Of a stretch of 64,000 bases of DNA, positions 63,654-64,000 are shown one piece after another. The notes under the pieces are model-generated. The model was not told the origin of the DNA. It saw only the letters and a program-made list of their open reading frames with translations, and made no database searches. The stretch comes from Solirubrobacteraceae bacterium (lineage in GTDB: Bacteria; Actinomycetota; Thermoleophilia; Solirubrobacterales; Solirubrobacteraceae). The translations under genes were made by a program, and so were the position numbers. The stretch's first letter is position 1. Each line of letters opens with the position of its first letter. Location: the NCBI GenBank assembly GCA_049522915.1, contig JBEKNK010000001.1:4052-68051 (forward strand), given 5' to 3'.

Positions 63654-64000
63654 TCACTGCCAGATCTTGACGTACTGCAGCTGCATCGATGCCGGCAGTA
63701 CGGTCGCGGCGTTCGGCGGGCCACCCCACTCGTTCGGACCGGCGACCGCGAGATCCGCGATCAGGTACATCGGCTCGGTGTCGAAGGGCCAGGTCTGTCC
63801 CGCCGCCGTCGCCTGCGCCTTCGAGTACTGGGCGTAGGCCACGCCGTCGATTGCCCAGGTGAGCAGCCCGGGCTGCCAGATCAGCTGGTAATCGTGCCAA
63901 CCGGTCGCGTCGGAGGTGAGCGTCCCGGTCTGTGTCTCGCCCCACAGCTGCGTGTTGCCGTTCCAGGCGTGCGCGCTGCCATAGACGGTGCGCAGGTTGC
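63654..64000 (-). CDS. glycoside hydrolase family 16 protein (paralogue 4), C-terminal part; gene runs off the window
   Basis: The frame is open from 64000 to the stop at 63654. It reads NLRTVYGSAHAWNGN...WHDYQLIWQPGLLTWAIDGVAYAQYS...YLIADLAVAGPNEWGGPP...YVKIWQ, closely parallel to the C-terminus of paralogue 3. Confidence 0.7.
   Translation of the reverse strand, partial: NLRTVYGSAHAWNGNTQLWGETQTGTLTSDATGWHDYQLIWQPGLLTWAIDGVAYAQYSKAQATAAGQTWPFDTEPMYLIADLAVAGPNEWGGPPNAATVLPASMQLQYVKIWQ

Noticed and set aside
1-64000. Mobile elements, prophage, defence systems, or toxin-antitoxin pairs.
   Set aside because: No transposase, integrase, recombinase, phage structural, restriction-modification, Cas, or small paired toxin/antitoxin signatures were recognised in any frame. 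The only compositional anomaly is the low-GC methyltransferase region, which is reported separately.

Overview
This is a high-GC (roughly 70% or more), densely coding window of actinobacterial type. By eye I found no rRNA, tRNA, transposase, integrase or CRISPR array. All product calls come from motif recognition on the supplied translations and hand checks of the DNA; no database search was run.

The window falls into three zones.

(1) 0.2-16 kb holds mixed metabolism and secreted enzymes. It includes a visibly lower-GC FkbM-type methyltransferase next to two decayed genes. It also includes a textbook SAM-I riboswitch driving a ThrC-like PLP enzyme overlapped with a MoaD/ThiS-type sulfur carrier, which points to homocysteine rather than threonine synthesis.

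(2) 16-32 kb is classical housekeeping synteny on the minus strand: relA, recJ, secDF, ruvB-ruvA-ruvC, yebC, then pdxT-pdxS.

(3) 32-64 kb is an accessory envelope and glycan region. It contains:
- an FAD-oxidoreductase / DUF1365 / CFA-synthase triad split by an inserted GH16 gene;
- four GH16 paralogues;
- an ~86-bp tandem repeat array;
- a ~16-kb, 14-gene, translationally coupled minus-strand operon (41.7-57.9 kb).

The operon combines glycosyltransferases, a GH2 enzyme and a fused double alpha/beta-hydrolase. Most notably it carries an aaRS-like amino acid:carrier-protein ligase with its own carrier protein, AcpS-type PPTase, acyl-CoA dehydrogenase and a DUF1839-like protein. I propose this as the candidate undescribed system: tRNA-independent aminoacyl (possibly oxidised aminoacyl) decoration of a surface glycan or glycolipid.
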